A DNA stretch of 64,000 bases from a virus (IMGVR_UViG_3300025789_000028:1-64000), one strand, 5' to 3'. Positions 37,540 to 49,590 are shown, numbered from the stretch's first letter. The notes: generated from the letters alone by a model not told the origin. Made by a program: numbers and translations.

Positions 37540-40500
37540 ATGGCAAATATTGGAAACATAGACAGTATTAAAATCACACAGTTAACGAGTATAGGAGCTA
37601 ATATTGCTGCCAATACACTAATCCCTGTGGTTAACATGGCTAACTTGAGCAATCCTATTACTCAGAAAAGCACATTACAAAATGCTGCCAATTATATATT
37701 AAACAATGCAGGTACTGCTACATTTCCCCCTGCATTGCAATCAAATCTTGCACTATCTGTTGCAAACGCTGCACAACCAAACATTACTAGTGTAGGTACA
37801 TTACAATCATTAACTGTTGCAGGTAATACAGTATTACCTGATGTTAGTTTAGTAAAAATTCAAGGTGGCAACAACGGACAGTTCTTACAGACAAACGGCA
37901 ATGGCGTATTAGATTGGGCTATTCCACCTAGTGGTAATGTTACTAACTATCCAGGTGGTGCCAATACTCAGATACAATTTAACACTAGTGGCACATTTGC
38001 AGGTAGTGATGCATTTACGTTTGACGGTAATAATGTTGCTATCACAGGTGCTAATTTTATAGCCAATCCAGGTGCATATATATTATAAGTATACGGTGAC
38101 AGTGCATACATGGGTTCACTAACAGACGGTGGTGTTTTAGTACAAACTGCTAACACAACTATTAATACTGATAACACAACAATTGGTTCTAGTAATGTAT
38201 GGAATTTCAATAGTACTACAGGCAATTTAACATTACCAGGTAACACATTTGCAGTTAACTATGCCAATGGTGATCAAGTATCATTAGGTGGCACTTCAAA
38301 CACTATTCAAGAGGGCCCGTCACTAGCATACATTGATGGCGTTGGTGGTAATTTTGTTGTTAGTATTAGCGACTCTGATTCAGTATGGACATTTGGTGTA
38401 GGTGGTGACATTACATTCCCTGGCGGAGGTGTTCAACATGGTGCATACGGTGGTCCTGACTTCCCATCAGTAACTGGTAACAGTAGCAAATACTTATATA
38501 CTGACGGCACTCAACTACTTTGGGAAACTGTGTCAGGCGGCAATGGTTCACCTGGTGGCAACACAACAGAGATTCAATACAACAGTAATGGTGCATTTGC
38601 AGGCAGTGATGCATTTACTTTTGATGGTGGTAATATTACAATCACCGGTGCAAACTTTGTAGCCAATCCTGGTGCATACATATTAGAAGTCTATGGTGCT
38701 AATGCATTCATGGGTTCATTTACTGATGGTGGTGTTTTGGTCGAAAATGCCACTACAACAATCAATACAGGCAACACAGTTATTGGTAGTACAGGAAGTA
38801 CTTGGACATTTGATAACACCGGTAATTTAACATTGCCCGGAAATACATTTACTATTAATTATGCCAATGGTGCGCAAGCACAATTAGGTGGTTATATTGC
38901 TAACTTTATATTCCCTACACCAAGTAGTAACACAAGCACAATAGGTGTCAATGACGGTAGTGATATTGTTATTAATCCAACATATGGTGGTAGTAGCCCA
39001 GCATATATCAATGTTCCCGGTAGCATCAATGGACCAACCACTGAAGCACTTCAAATTTATAATGGCTATTCTTTAGGTAATGGTAGTGCCGCCGCAGTAT
39101 CAATTGGTGCTAGTGCAATTGATGGTATCACTATATTTGGTGATGGTAGCGTTGTAACATCAAACACATTAACTGTGCCAGCTAGTGACAATGGTAGTAT
39201 CATATTCAGCGACAACGGCACAGACAATAACGGTAGTTTAAAGGTAGACGGCGGTCTTAACATGACATTAAGTGCTAATAGCAACTTCTATGTTAAACAA
39301 GCAGGACAAGACAGACTTGCTATAACAGATGGCAATACTGATTTAATGGGAAGTACCAATGTTGTTATTCATTCAAACAAGGCAGGTACTGAATATAACT
39401 GGGTATTTAGTAATACAGGTAGTTTAGCAGTTCCTGGCAATATTACCAATGCTAATGTTATTTCTGCAAACGTAGTTAATACTGCAAATGTGAATACTGA
39501 TTTTATATATGCAAATAATGGGTTGCAATTATCAGGAGTAAGTGCAAACATATTAATGAACGGTGGTTACATCCTTGGTGCTAGTGAAATTCAAATTGGC
39601 AATACAGATGCGTTACTGCTAGGTCAAAATGCAGTATTACTTATGACTGGTAATAGTGCAAATTATGTCGAAGCCGCATTAATTAATCAAAATTCAAACT
39701 CATCAGGAGACTTTACTGTATACGCTGACAACGGCAACGCTGATGCAGGTTATGTCGATATGGGTATTACAGGATCTGCATACAATGTACCTAACACAGG
39801 ATTGACACAACCCGGTGATGGATATTTCATTGTTTCTGGCGTACCAACTTCAGGTGGTAATTTAATTATCGCAACTGCAGGTACAGGCTCAAACAATGAC
39901 ATTGTATTTGGTAACGGATATGACACCGGTAATGAAGTAATGCGTTTTGAAAACACATTGCAAACATTCCAAATTAAACCTAATACAGTTTCAAGTAATA
40001 CAACAACTGGTGCATTAACAGTAGCAGGTGGTGTAGGTATCGGTGGTGATCTAAACATAGGTGGCAACTTAACACTTCCAAACAATAGTGTTATCAATGA
40101 AACTACTATAGTAGTTAGTGGCGCCAACACAACTGCAATCACATTAACCCCGGCGACTGGATCGAATGCAGATCAAAAATTATTAGTCTATCCTACAATA
40201 TTAAGTGACAACAATCATCTACACTTAACATCAGGCAACTTATATAACACTGAGTTATATTTTGGTAATGATGACTTGTATGTGAAATTAGCAAATACAG
40301 GTAACATCATTATCAACAGTAACAATGGTAATGGAAATAGCGGTCAATGGGAATTCGGAGTTGATGCTACATATGGTTTTGGATTGTTGAAGGGAACCGG
40401 TAATGGCGGTGGTTTGTATACAGATGGAGATTTTGTAGGCGTATATGCTGAGGATCTAAATCACAATGGTATTGAGATGTTTGCAAACTCTCATACAACC

Positions 40501-41958
40501 ATTCAAGGTGTTAGTAATGTAGCCATCCACACAAACACCGGTACATCTCCATTACAATCTTGGATTTTTGATGACACAGGTAATCTAACATTACCGGGTA
40601 ACACGTTTGCTATCAACTATGCTAATGGACAACAAGTACCAATCAGTGGCGGTGGTGGTAGTTATGGTGATAGTAATGTTGTAACACTATTAGCAAGTTA
40701 TGGTAGCAATACTATTACTACAACAGGTAATGTTACAACCGGTAATGCTAACATCGGTGGTAATTTAATATTAGCAAGTTCATCAGTTATTACATCAGTT
40801 TCAGGCAGTAACGCTAACATAAATATTGACCCAGATGGTACCGGTGCAGTAGTTATTAATGGCAACATTGTTGCAAACGGTGTTTACGCTAATATCACCA
40901 ATCCAACTTCTGGTGGAACATTAACAATAGCATCTAACGCAGGACCAACTTCAACCACAAGAATTTATAGTAGTGCGTCAACTGTAATCTATAATAATGT
41001 CAGCGGTGTTCCTGTACAGGCATTGGCTATTACAGCGGCCGGTATCGGAACATATGCTAACATATCACCAGGCGGTAATATTGTAATGGCTGCTGGTAAA
41101 AATATTAGTTCTACAAACGGTAGTAACGCTAACATTAATATTGATCCAGATGGTACAGGTAATGTTAATATTGTAGGCAATGCCAATGTAAGTGCTAATA
41201 TCAGTGCTAACTACTTTATAGGTAACGGTAGTCAGTTAACAGGTGTCAATGTAAGTTTGATTGGCAATGTAACAGGTACGACTCCTAATGTAACATTAGT
41301 TGCAGGTAGTTATAACTATGTGTTTGACAATACCGGTAACTTCACATTACCTACAAACGGTGACTTAATATTCTCTGCTAATACTACATTAGGTAGTGTT
41401 GCTGGTTCAAACGGTAACATCACAATTAATCCTGATGGTACAGGTCAACTTATAGTTACAAGCACGACACCTGCTGTTTTTGGTAATACGTTGAATGTCA
41501 GCGGTAATATAACCGCTAGCGGTTCTGCAGGTGTCATTACTCCTAATCGTCCGGCGTTTAGAGTATACGGCAGTAGTGGAACAATTTGGAGCACTACAAC
41601 CAATACTAATGGTATATTAAATGCTAACAATTGGACTGTTGATTACAATCAAGGTGGATACTTAAATTCAAGTACAGGGGTTTTCACTGCGCCTGTTGCA
41701 GGATTATATCAATTAAATCTTGTTTGTCGTGTGGCAAATAATACTTCACTTAGTGCACAGGCAATCGTTATCAAAAACTATGGTTCAGGTAATGTAAATC
41801 AAGTTATGTGGGAATCGGCTAATAACCCTACTATTAATCACTTTGGTGTAAGTACAGTATCAAAACTTGCGGCTGGAGACACGCTTACACTTAAAGTAAC
41901 TGTTGGTTCACTTATTTTTGATGGTAATGACAACTGGTCAGTAGCGTACTTAGGATAA
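37540..41958 (+). CDS. long tail-fibre-like protein with C-terminal C1q-like domain, interrupted by in-frame TAA at 38086-38088
   Basis: ORFs 37540-38088 and 38110-41958 are in one frame; W.F..TGNLTLPGN repeats; PAF..FTAPVAGLY..L.AGD. Confidence 0.8.
37951..38890 (+). repeat. internal ~110-codon duplication (copies at 37951 and 38551)
   Basis: PGG.T.IQ.N..G.FAGSDAFTFDG..NPGAYIL..TDGGVLV..NLTLPGNTF..NYANG twice, 600 nt apart. Confidence 0.85.
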
Positions 41959-41960
41959 TC

Positions 41961-42677
41961 ATGATTGTACAGGGTATCACATTAAACGGCGGAACTGTAA
42001 TTGATGCAGGTATCCCAACATCAAATAGCATGTTACTATATCTTGATGCGGGTAATTCAAGTAGTTATCCCGGCAGTGGCACAACATGGTATGACATAAG
42101 CGGTAACAATAATAATACTACAGGCACATCAAATACTGTATACAACAGTGGCAATGGTGGTTATTTTAATTTTACTGATCCAGGATATTTTACTACTGCT
42201 AGTTCAAAATACAATATAACATACACTGGTAAAAGTATGTTCATGGCCGGTAAGTTAACTGGTGCTATGGCTAATTATACATATCGCTGTTTGTTTGGAA
42301 GTAACAACGGTAATAGAAATTTTAACTTATATTTCTATTACAATGGTAGTTCATATCAATTACACTTTGCAAATGGCCCCGCCGGCGGTAGCGGTGGTAT
42401 AAGTAACAATTTAACTTATACATTTGGTAATTGGTTTACTTGCGGAGTCACAATGACTACTGGTGGCGCAATGATTTATTACTTCAACGGACAACCCGTT
42501 GGCACATCAACAGGTACATTCTATCAATACCTATCAAATACTACAGAAAATGTGGGGGCCGCTGATAACTATTGGAGTGGCCCAATTTCAATTGCTTGTA
42601 TCTATGGTTCTGTATTGACAGGACAACAGATGCTACAAGCACATAATTCAGTTAGAACAAGATATGGCTTATCATGA
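41961..42677 (+). CDS. LamG/concanavalin-like domain protein
   Basis: LYLDAGN.SSYPGSGTTW.D.SG; Y.NG; R.RYG. Confidence 0.8.
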   Translation: MIVQGITLNGGTVIDAGIPTSNSMLLYLDAGNSSSYPGSGTTWYDISGNNNNTTGTSNTVYNSGNGGYFNFTDPGYFTTASSKYNITYTGKSMFMAGKLTGAMANYTYRCLFGSNNGNRNFNLYFYYNGSSYQLHFANGPAGGSGGISNNLTYTFGNWFTCGVTMTTGGAMIYYFNGQPVGTSTGTFYQYLSNTTENVGAADNYWSGPISIACIYGSVLTGQQMLQAHNSVRTRYGLS

Positions 42678-42720
42678 TAGTGGTGGGTAAGCATAAATAC
42701 TATATAAAAGGATATTAATC

Positions 42721-45700
42721 ATGATTATAGGACCAGGTGTAGTAATTGGCTCAGGAGCAACAATGGGTGCAGGTAATGCAGGCCCAACCGGAAACATTAT
42801 TTTTGAGTATGCAATGGGCAATAGCGCAAGTTATAACGGCCAAGGACTTGATTTAAGTCGTAATGGATTTCTTGGTCCAGTTGGCAGTACAGTAGGCACT
42901 AATTTTATGTTCGATATTTCAGCAGATTATGCAAATGGCGCTGTTGGTAATATTGGACAATATTTTAACGGTTACGGTGGCAATAGTGGCAGCGGTAATG
43001 CTTTTATTACTCACGGCCCAATGAGTTATCTAAGTTTTGATGGCAATGCCGCTGATCAATATGTTGATAGCAACTATGTCAATGGTTATAACATTCCATC
43101 AGGTAGCAGTTACTCAATTTTTGCTGTTGTAAGATTGAAGGGTTTTACTGGTTCCGGTGGTACATTTAACGGTGGCGGTATAGTAGGTGGAGATAATATG
43201 TATTTTCAATTTGTTCCACCGGGACTCCTTGGAAATCCTTATCCAGTGTTATGTGCAAACAATACCAACACCTATCCAGCAGTTGCTGATTTTGACACAC
43301 AATATCAACTCAATACATGGTATGCTGTAGCACTTACATATGATTCTGTATCTCAAACAATGAGACTGTATGTTAACGGACAAGCAATCGGTGGTAGTGG
43401 TGTTTCAACAAGTGTTATGCCTATCAGTGGCAATGAACCATTATATTGGGGTACACTAGAAGGTCAAAATTATTTGAACGGTGACCTTGGTGTTATGACA
43501 GCATGGAACTATGCATTAAGTCCTAGCGAGATTGCTAGTTATACTACTGATTATGGATATCAATATGGTATTCAAATAGCTAAACAAGACAACGATATGC
43601 CTGCACAATCATATAGTCAATTGTTCTCAGTACCAGGTCAATATACATTCCAAGTGCCACAAGGTGTAAGTAATGTTAGTATGGTGGCAGTTGGTGCAGG
43701 TGGCGGTGGTACTTATGCTGGTTACAGCCCTCCAGGTGGTGACAGTTATGTTTATTCTCAGTGGTCTCATTTCAATGTAAACATGAACACAAATGCTGGC
43801 TATAGTGGCGCGCCATTCATTACATTTGATTGTACTACTGGTAATAATAATGCGTTATTGGGTAATGTTGCCCCAGGTTGGTTGTTTACTAGTATTGACT
43901 TAAACAATTATTATCCCAACAGAGCATTAATTGAAGGCAATGTATACGGTATTGTCTTAGCAGTAGATAGTACTGATACAGCAAACGTTGTATTGACTAT
44001 TTCTCCTAGTGTAGATTCGGTCAGTGGTAACGTTTATAATTTCTTGGGTCAAACTATTGTTGGTGCACAAGGTGCACTTGAAATAAATAATAGCCAATAT
44101 TATACTAACAACAATGGTACTCCTGGACCACGTGCTAAACCATTATGGGGTGACAGCGGAGGTAAGGGTGGTGTAGTTGATTCACTAGGTTCTTGGCCAA
44201 TCGGTGGCGCTGGGGCTGGTGGTTATGGTACGAATGATGCTGTTGTAGCATTCGATCCTACACAAACTTATGTATATGATGGCGGTGGTAACTATGGTAC
44301 TGGTGAACCAAATATTATATTAGGTCTATCTAACTATAACTTGTCAGTTGAAGCAACAGCAAACAACAGTAGTTATCCTGGTATCGCTACTGGTACATAC
44401 GATATTACATTTGGTCAAAAAGTAATGTTCAGTTTAACTGTAGATACATCTGCTAGTTCAGGCAGTCAATGCATTGGATTTGGTGGTAGTGGTGCTGAAT
44501 TACAAAGTTATGTGGGCGGTACTACAGATAGTGGTGGATTCTATAATGATGGTGGTTTTTATTCAAACGGCGCGCCAGCTTATTCAGGTTATCCAACATT
44601 TACTACAGGTGATGTAGTTGATATTGCTATTGATAACTCCAATGCATTAGGTCAATTAACATGGGTTAGAGTTAACGGCGGTGATTGGATGGGAGATCCA
44701 GTGGCTAATCCAGCAACAGGTACTAATGGTATAACAATTTCTGTGAACACAGAAGATGGATCAATTTACTTGATGACTACACAAGGAGATGCCGGTGATA
44801 TCGGTAAGTGGAGTATCAATACAAGCAATACATATTCAACTCCAAGCGGATATACATTTGTTGCTGGACTAGCTAATGCAGGATCAAATGGTGGCGGTGG
44901 TTCTAATCAAGAATTACCAACTTATACAGATGGTCAAGGTACCGGTAGTATCGGTGGTTCAGGTGGCGGAGGCGGCGGACTATATAGTGACATAGGCTCC
45001 GGTGGTGGTGGAGTAGGTGTTTATGGTGTAGGTAATCCAGGCACTCATGGTGGCTGGGTAGACAGCGACACATATGGTGGCAATAATCCTTATTCAGAGT
45101 GGCAAGCTCAAGCGGTTGGCGGTCGCGGCGGTAGTCGAATAGGCAGCTCAGGTACACAAGGCGGCATGGCAAGTGCATGGGCAGGTGGTGCAGGTGGTTG
45201 GCCAGGTGGTGGTGGCGGTAGCGCACCAAGTCTATGGGACGGTGGTAACGGTGGTGCATTAGCATACAAGAATAACGTAACTACTGATCCAGGTACACCG
45301 GGCAATGCAGGTACTGTACTACAAGTTATTGTAGGTCAAGGTGGCTGGGGCGGTGGATTTACTGGTGAAAATTATTATGGTGGTGGTAAGGGCGGTGACG
45401 GTGCAGTACGTATTGTTTGGCCCGGTGATACTAGACAATTCCCTGACACAAGCGTAGGAATAGATGCACTAGTAACTTCACTTACTATTAATCCGGGTGA
45501 TTTTGTATTTGGCGGTGGCTCACCTGCTAACTCAATCACAGTAGGTTCAGGATCGATAGGAAATAATTATGTAACTATATATTCAGCAAATGATGTTGTA
45601 GCACAAAATATTTTTGCTTTCTTTAGATCAGTTGGTGTTTATACTCAGAATTCACTGAACAGCAATAATTCATATGATCCAAATAATTTCAATGCATACA

Positions 45701-45942
45701 TCTTTGAAGTAACATGGGGCGCAGGTAGTACTGTACCAAATGGCTTAGTAAGAATGGGTTATAACGGTACCACTGGTCAACTAAATATTACTACAGTAGA
45801 TCCAACTAATACAGCATACGAAACTGCAAATCCTGCTAATCAAGATCCAGGTGGCGCAACAATACCGGGAACATTCAATTTCTCTGCAACATTTACATTA
45901 CGCACTCCTGCAATTCAATCAGGTGGATTATACTGGTGCTAA
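42721..45942 (+). CDS. multi-domain virion adhesin (LamG + Gly-rich + C-terminal WC domain)
   Basis: W..VA.TYD..LYVNG; VGAGGGG; GG.GAVRIVW; ends YWC. Confidence 0.8.
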   Translation: MIIGPGVVIGSGATMGAGNAGPTGNIIFEYAMGNSASYNGQGLDLSRNGFLGPVGSTVGTNFMFDISADYANGAVGNIGQYFNGYGGNSGSGNAFITHGPMSYLSFDGNAADQYVDSNYVNGYNIPSGSSYSIFAVVRLKGFTGSGGTFNGGGIVGGDNMYFQFVPPGLLGNPYPVLCANNTNTYPAVADFDTQYQLNTWYAVALTYDSVSQTMRLYVNGQAIGGSGVSTSVMPISGNEPLYWGTLEGQNYLNGDLGVMTAWNYALSPSEIASYTTDYGYQYGIQIAKQDNDMPAQSYSQLFSVPGQYTFQVPQGVSNVSMVAVGAGGGGTYAGYSPPGGDSYVYSQWSHFNVNMNTNAGYSGAPFITFDCTTGNNNALLGNVAPGWLFTSIDLNNYYPNRALIEGNVYGIVLAVDSTDTANVVLTISPSVDSVSGNVYNFLGQTIVGAQGALEINNSQYYTNNNGTPGPRAKPLWGDSGGKGGVVDSLGSWPIGGAGAGGYGTNDAVVAFDPTQTYVYDGGGNYGTGEPNIILGLSNYNLSVEATANNSSYPGIATGTYDITFGQKVMFSLTVDTSASSGSQCIGFGGSGAELQSYVGGTTDSGGFYNDGGFYSNGAPAYSGYPTFTTGDVVDIAIDNSNALGQLTWVRVNGGDWMGDPVANPATGTNGITISVNTEDGSIYLMTTQGDAGDIGKWSINTSNTYSTPSGYTFVAGLANAGSNGGGGSNQELPTYTDGQGTGSIGGSGGGGGGLYSDIGSGGGGVGVYGVGNPGTHGGWVDSDTYGGNNPYSEWQAQAVGGRGGSRIGSSGTQGGMASAWAGGAGGWPGGGGGSAPSLWDGGNGGALAYKNNVTTDPGTPGNAGTVLQVIVGQGGWGGGFTGENYYGGGKGGDGAVRIVWPGDTRQFPDTSVGIDALVTSLTINPGDFVFGGGSPANSITVGSGSIGNNYVTIYSANDVVAQNIFAFFRSVGVYTQNSLNSNNSYDPNNFNAYIFEVTWGAGSTVPNGLVRMGYNGTTGQLNITTVDPTNTAYETANPANQDPGGATIPGTFNFSATFTLRTPAIQSGGLYWC

Positions 45943-45965
45943 AAATTAATTATAAGGAACATACT

Positions 45966-46832
45966 ATGGCAAAGCAACCTAGCATTAACGAAACAAACGA
46001 TCCAGGAGTATCACGTATTCCTGTACAACAAAAAATTGTTAAGTCTGTTAGTAACTCATTACCTAAATATCATTGGGTAAGAGACCCTTCATATGCTCTT
46101 GCTGAACAATTTGTTCCACAATTGTCAGAAAGCAGTATTGCCGCAACTGTTGATTTACGTCAATATTGCAGTCCAATCGATGATCAAGGAAACTTAGGTA
46201 GTTGTACTGGTAATGCTATTGCAGGTGCAATTGATTTGTTAGATAGAAAAACACATAACTTGCAAACACGTGTTAGCAGATTATTCATTTACTACTATGA
46301 ACGTGTTCTTGAGAATGATGTAAATTATGATAACGGTGCATATATTAGTGACGGTATCAGAGCAACATCTACATACGGTGCACCGCAAGAAACATTATGG
46401 CCATACAACATTAATATGTTTAGAACCAGACCTAGTTCTGCCGCAATCGCTGATGCAGTAAAACGCAAAGTTACATCAAGCCAAGCGGCAGCAAATTTCA
46501 CAGCAGTACAAAGTGCATTAGCAAGTGGTTATCCTGTTATTGTAGGCTTTGATGTATATTCAAGTTTCGAAGGTGCATGGGGTAATATACCTCATGGTCA
46601 AACAGGATCAGGTATGATGCCTTATCCTAACACAAGAACAGAATCATTGTTGGGCGGACATGCTGTTTGTCTAGTGGGATATAACAACAATACAAATCGT
46701 TTTATTGCAAGAAATAGTTGGGGGACAAGTTGGGGTGACAATGGTTACTTCTATATGCCATATCAAGTGATTCAGAATTCTAGCATGAGCAGTGACTTTT
46801 GGGTTATTAAAACAGTAAATGACCCCGCATAA
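45966..46832 (+). CDS. papain-like C1A cysteine peptidase
   Basis: DQG.LGSC, GGHAV, RNSWG..WG..GY. Confidence 0.93.
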   Translation: MAKQPSINETNDPGVSRIPVQQKIVKSVSNSLPKYHWVRDPSYALAEQFVPQLSESSIAATVDLRQYCSPIDDQGNLGSCTGNAIAGAIDLLDRKTHNLQTRVSRLFIYYYERVLENDVNYDNGAYISDGIRATSTYGAPQETLWPYNINMFRTRPSSAAIADAVKRKVTSSQAAANFTAVQSALASGYPVIVGFDVYSSFEGAWGNIPHGQTGSGMMPYPNTRTESLLGGHAVCLVGYNNNTNRFIARNSWGTSWGDNGYFYMPYQVIQNSSMSSDFWVIKTVNDPA

Positions 46833-46851
46833 ATAAATCAAAGGAAATACA

Positions 46852-47394
46852 ATGTCATTATCAGGAATACAAATTACAGGCGGTTCAGGTGGAATAACAA
46901 TTTCAGGTGGTGGAGTTGTTTTTGGTGACGGTGGTTCTCCTCCCCCTCCACCTCCCCCAGGAACATTAACATTTACATATGGTCAAATCATTGCAAGTCA
47001 AGACCAATCACCTGGAGCAGGTGGTAATGGTACAGGGGTTGTAATTATTAATCCGGTACCGGGGGGAAGTCCTACTCCTGGTGGTCCAGGTATTGCACTT
47101 TCAACTACGTCAAGTCAAGAAACTTATATAGCAGGATTAACCCCTGTTCCAGGATATAGCACTGGTTTTGGCACTTATAATGGTACTCCATTACAATATA
47201 CCGCAACATGGAGTGCAGGTAGTACGTACACAACAACGCCGGTAGAAGTACAATACTATCCAACTTTTGCAGGTACACCTGATGCTTGGGTAATTTATGT
47301 TTTAAATCCTAGTGCTACTGCAGGACAAGCAGGAACATTTAACTTCCCGGTTACTTTTACAGCAACACCTAATACACCAATTACATTATTCTAA
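46852..47394 (+). CDS. Gly/Pro-rich virion appendage protein
   Basis: GIQITGG N-terminus, poly-Pro linker, TW.AGST..GTFNFP.TF. Confidence 0.7.
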   Translation: MSLSGIQITGGSGGITISGGGVVFGDGGSPPPPPPPGTLTFTYGQIIASQDQSPGAGGNGTGVVIINPVPGGSPTPGGPGIALSTTSSQETYIAGLTPVPGYSTGFGTYNGTPLQYTATWSAGSTYTTTPVEVQYYPTFAGTPDAWVIYVLNPSATAGQAGTFNFPVTFTATPNTPITLF

Positions 47395-47404
47395 GGAAAT
47401 AAAC

Positions 47405-47494
47405 ATGTCACAACAAACACCACAACCAATCGGCGATAAAGATTTTTTTAAGAATCTACAAAATAGAACTCCACAACCAACACCAGGGAAATAA
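47405..47494 (+). CDS. 29-aa microprotein
   Basis: AAGGA RBS; MSQQTPQP..TPQPTPGK. Confidence 0.5.
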   Translation: MSQQTPQPIGDKDFFKNLQNRTPQPTPGK

Positions 47495-47496
47495 TT

Positions 47497-48000
47497 ATGT
47501 CATCAATAGGAATAACAATCGAAGGTGGGATTAACGTAGGCGGTGGAATTAATGTTGGTAGTCTACCAACAATTACTATTACTTCAAGTGATTTTACTTA
47601 CGGTGGCGGGGCTGGAGGAACTACTGAATATATAACAAATAGCGGTGGGGATTTGATTTGCCCATTCTATTATCTGAATACCCCCACTGGTTCCATAGGG
47701 ACACAAATCGTGAACTTCTTTGCCGCATGTGGATACGATATCAATACTTCATATGTGTTTCGTGCAACTTTTGCAAGTGCTACACCATTGGGAGGTAGTT
47801 TAACTACTCCATATAATTGTTTAGTTCGTGCAAGTTGGGGTAGCGGACAACTTAATTTGGTTGTAATTGACCAAAGCAATCCAAATTGGAATACTGGAAA
47901 TCCAAATCAAGGTACTCAATTACAAGGAACATTTACTTTACCATTAACACTTACGCCGTACTCTCCTACTGTAAGTATGGGTGCAATCAACTGGTGTTAA
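47497..48000 (+). CDS. stand-alone WC-domain protein
   Basis: Homologous to C-terminus of 42721-45942; ends NWC. Confidence 0.75.
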   Translation: MSSIGITIEGGINVGGGINVGSLPTITITSSDFTYGGGAGGTTEYITNSGGDLICPFYYLNTPTGSIGTQIVNFFAACGYDINTSYVFRATFASATPLGGSLTTPYNCLVRASWGSGQLNLVVIDQSNPNWNTGNPNQGTQLQGTFTLPLTLTPYSPTVSMGAINWC

Positions 48001-48672
48001 ATGATAATACATAGACCTGCAAGTACTAGGGGAAACCCCAGAGCAGATTTTATAAACAGTTATAGAACTTTTAGTTTCCCTAGTTACTATGATAGTCGCT
48101 ATATGAATTTTAGCGACCTTCAAACAATTAATGATGACCGTGTGCAGTATGCTTGGCAAGTGCCATGGCATGAACATAAAAATATGGAAATCTTTGGTTA
48201 TGTAGTTGAAGGTTCTAGTCATCATGTAGACAGTTTAGGTAATGATGTAGAAGTACCTGCAGGGGCAGTTCAGCGTATGAGTAGTGGACGTGGCATAAGT
48301 CACACAGAGGGTAACACAGCAGATACACCCAATCGTTATCTACAGTTATGGATTAGACCTAATGAGTTTGATACTGAACCTAGACATGATTGGCATCAAT
48401 TTACACGTGAAGATAAACTAAACAAGTTTTGCAACATCACAGAGAAGTTACCAATCAAACAAGATGCACGACTACTAGCAGGTATCTTTACAAGTGATTT
48501 TACACACAACCTGGACACTTTGCGAAAATACTATTTGTATGTAGTAACTGGTACACTATCAGTTAACAACATAGATTTGATTGAAGGTGATGGATTAAGT
48601 TTTGTTGATGAATCAGTTATCAACATAACCAATGCAACTGACTCAGAAATAATTTTGTTTGATTTACGATAA
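48001..48672 (+). CDS. pirin family protein (YhhW-like)
   Basis: TFSF..YYD, INDD.V, H.H..MEI, H.DS.GN, H.E.N, LQLWI.P. Confidence 0.92.
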   Translation: MIIHRPASTRGNPRADFINSYRTFSFPSYYDSRYMNFSDLQTINDDRVQYAWQVPWHEHKNMEIFGYVVEGSSHHVDSLGNDVEVPAGAVQRMSSGRGISHTEGNTADTPNRYLQLWIRPNEFDTEPRHDWHQFTREDKLNKFCNITEKLPIKQDARLLAGIFTSDFTHNLDTLRKYYLYVVTGTLSVNNIDLIEGDGLSFVDESVINITNATDSEIILFDLR

Positions 48673-49376
48673 TGAATTTTAAATACCCGTCAAATTTAAA
48701 TGCTGATGCTTTGATTGATAAAAGCAATGCATCATCGATGCAAGATTTATTTGTTGTAGCAATGTTTAACGGCAAGCATAACGGCACTTTCTTAGAAATT
48801 GGCGCAAACCATCCTGTTGTTGATAGTAACTGTTATTTGTTAGAATCAGAATTCAATTACTCGGGTACCAGCATAGACTTATATGATACATTTGAAAGAT
48901 TTACAGAACCTTTTTCTTGGAAAGAACTAAGACCTAACACTAACTTTGTGAAGTCTGATGCCAGTACATTTGATTATACATCAATACCCAACTATGTTGA
49001 TTACTTACAAATTGACTTAGATCAACCTAAAATAACCTTTGATGTACTAGAAAGAATTACTAACTCAATAACGTTCGGAGTACTGACACTTGAACACAAT
49101 CTATGGAGGGGTAACTACCTTAACCAAGTGTTACCAAAGAACAAAAATTTATGCGCCGACATTTATAATTACAAGAACAAATGTGCTAGTTTATTAAAAA
49201 AATTAGGTTACACAGTGTTGGTAAACAATGTAGGTTTTGATCAAGATGGGATTTTTCATAGTTATGAAGATTGGTATATAAATCTAAACATTGTTTCTAA
49301 AGAAATTATTGATGCTTACAAATGGATTACATGTGATCATAACGCTAAAGATTTTAAAAAAGTACTGTTTAACTAA
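48672..49376 (+). CDS. FkbM-like methyltransferase
   Basis: QD.FV, FLEIGA, DYLQID, EH, EDWY. Confidence 0.7.
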   Translation: MNFKYPSNLNADALIDKSNASSMQDLFVVAMFNGKHNGTFLEIGANHPVVDSNCYLLESEFNYSGTSIDLYDTFERFTEPFSWKELRPNTNFVKSDASTFDYTSIPNYVDYLQIDLDQPKITFDVLERITNSITFGVLTLEHNLWRGNYLNQVLPKNKNLCADIYNYKNKCASLLKKLGYTVLVNNVGFDQDGIFHSYEDWYINLNIVSKEIIDAYKWITCDHNAKDFKKVLFN

Positions 49377-49413
49377 CGTTGCAAACATAAATATATAATA
49401 TAGGAATAAAATC

Positions 49414-49590
49414 ATGCAAACTTTTCATTTAAACACACCCGAGTCTCAGGCAGTAAGACATACATTCAAGGTAGCTGCACAAGAAAAAAGAATGGCTCTT
49501 AAAAATGCTCCTAAAGTTGCTAGACTGTCAAAGCCTGCAGGAGTAAGTAACAGTACTCCTAGAACGCCTTTTAAGGGTGCAGGCAAATAA
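49414..49590 (+). CDS. 58-aa basic microprotein
   Basis: CATAAATA and AGGA upstream. Confidence 0.6.
   Translation: MQTFHLNTPESQAVRHTFKVAAQEKRMALKNAPKVARLSKPAGVSNSTPRTPFKGAGK

Noticed and set aside
37951-38890. Diversity-generating retroelement TR/VR pair
   Set aside because: Differences are not adenine-specific, both copies are coding in one frame, and no reverse transcriptase is in the window.
36513-45305. Minus-strand ORFs within the fibre genes
   Set aside because: Shadows of Gly/Thr/Asn codon bias; no RBS or recognisable motifs.
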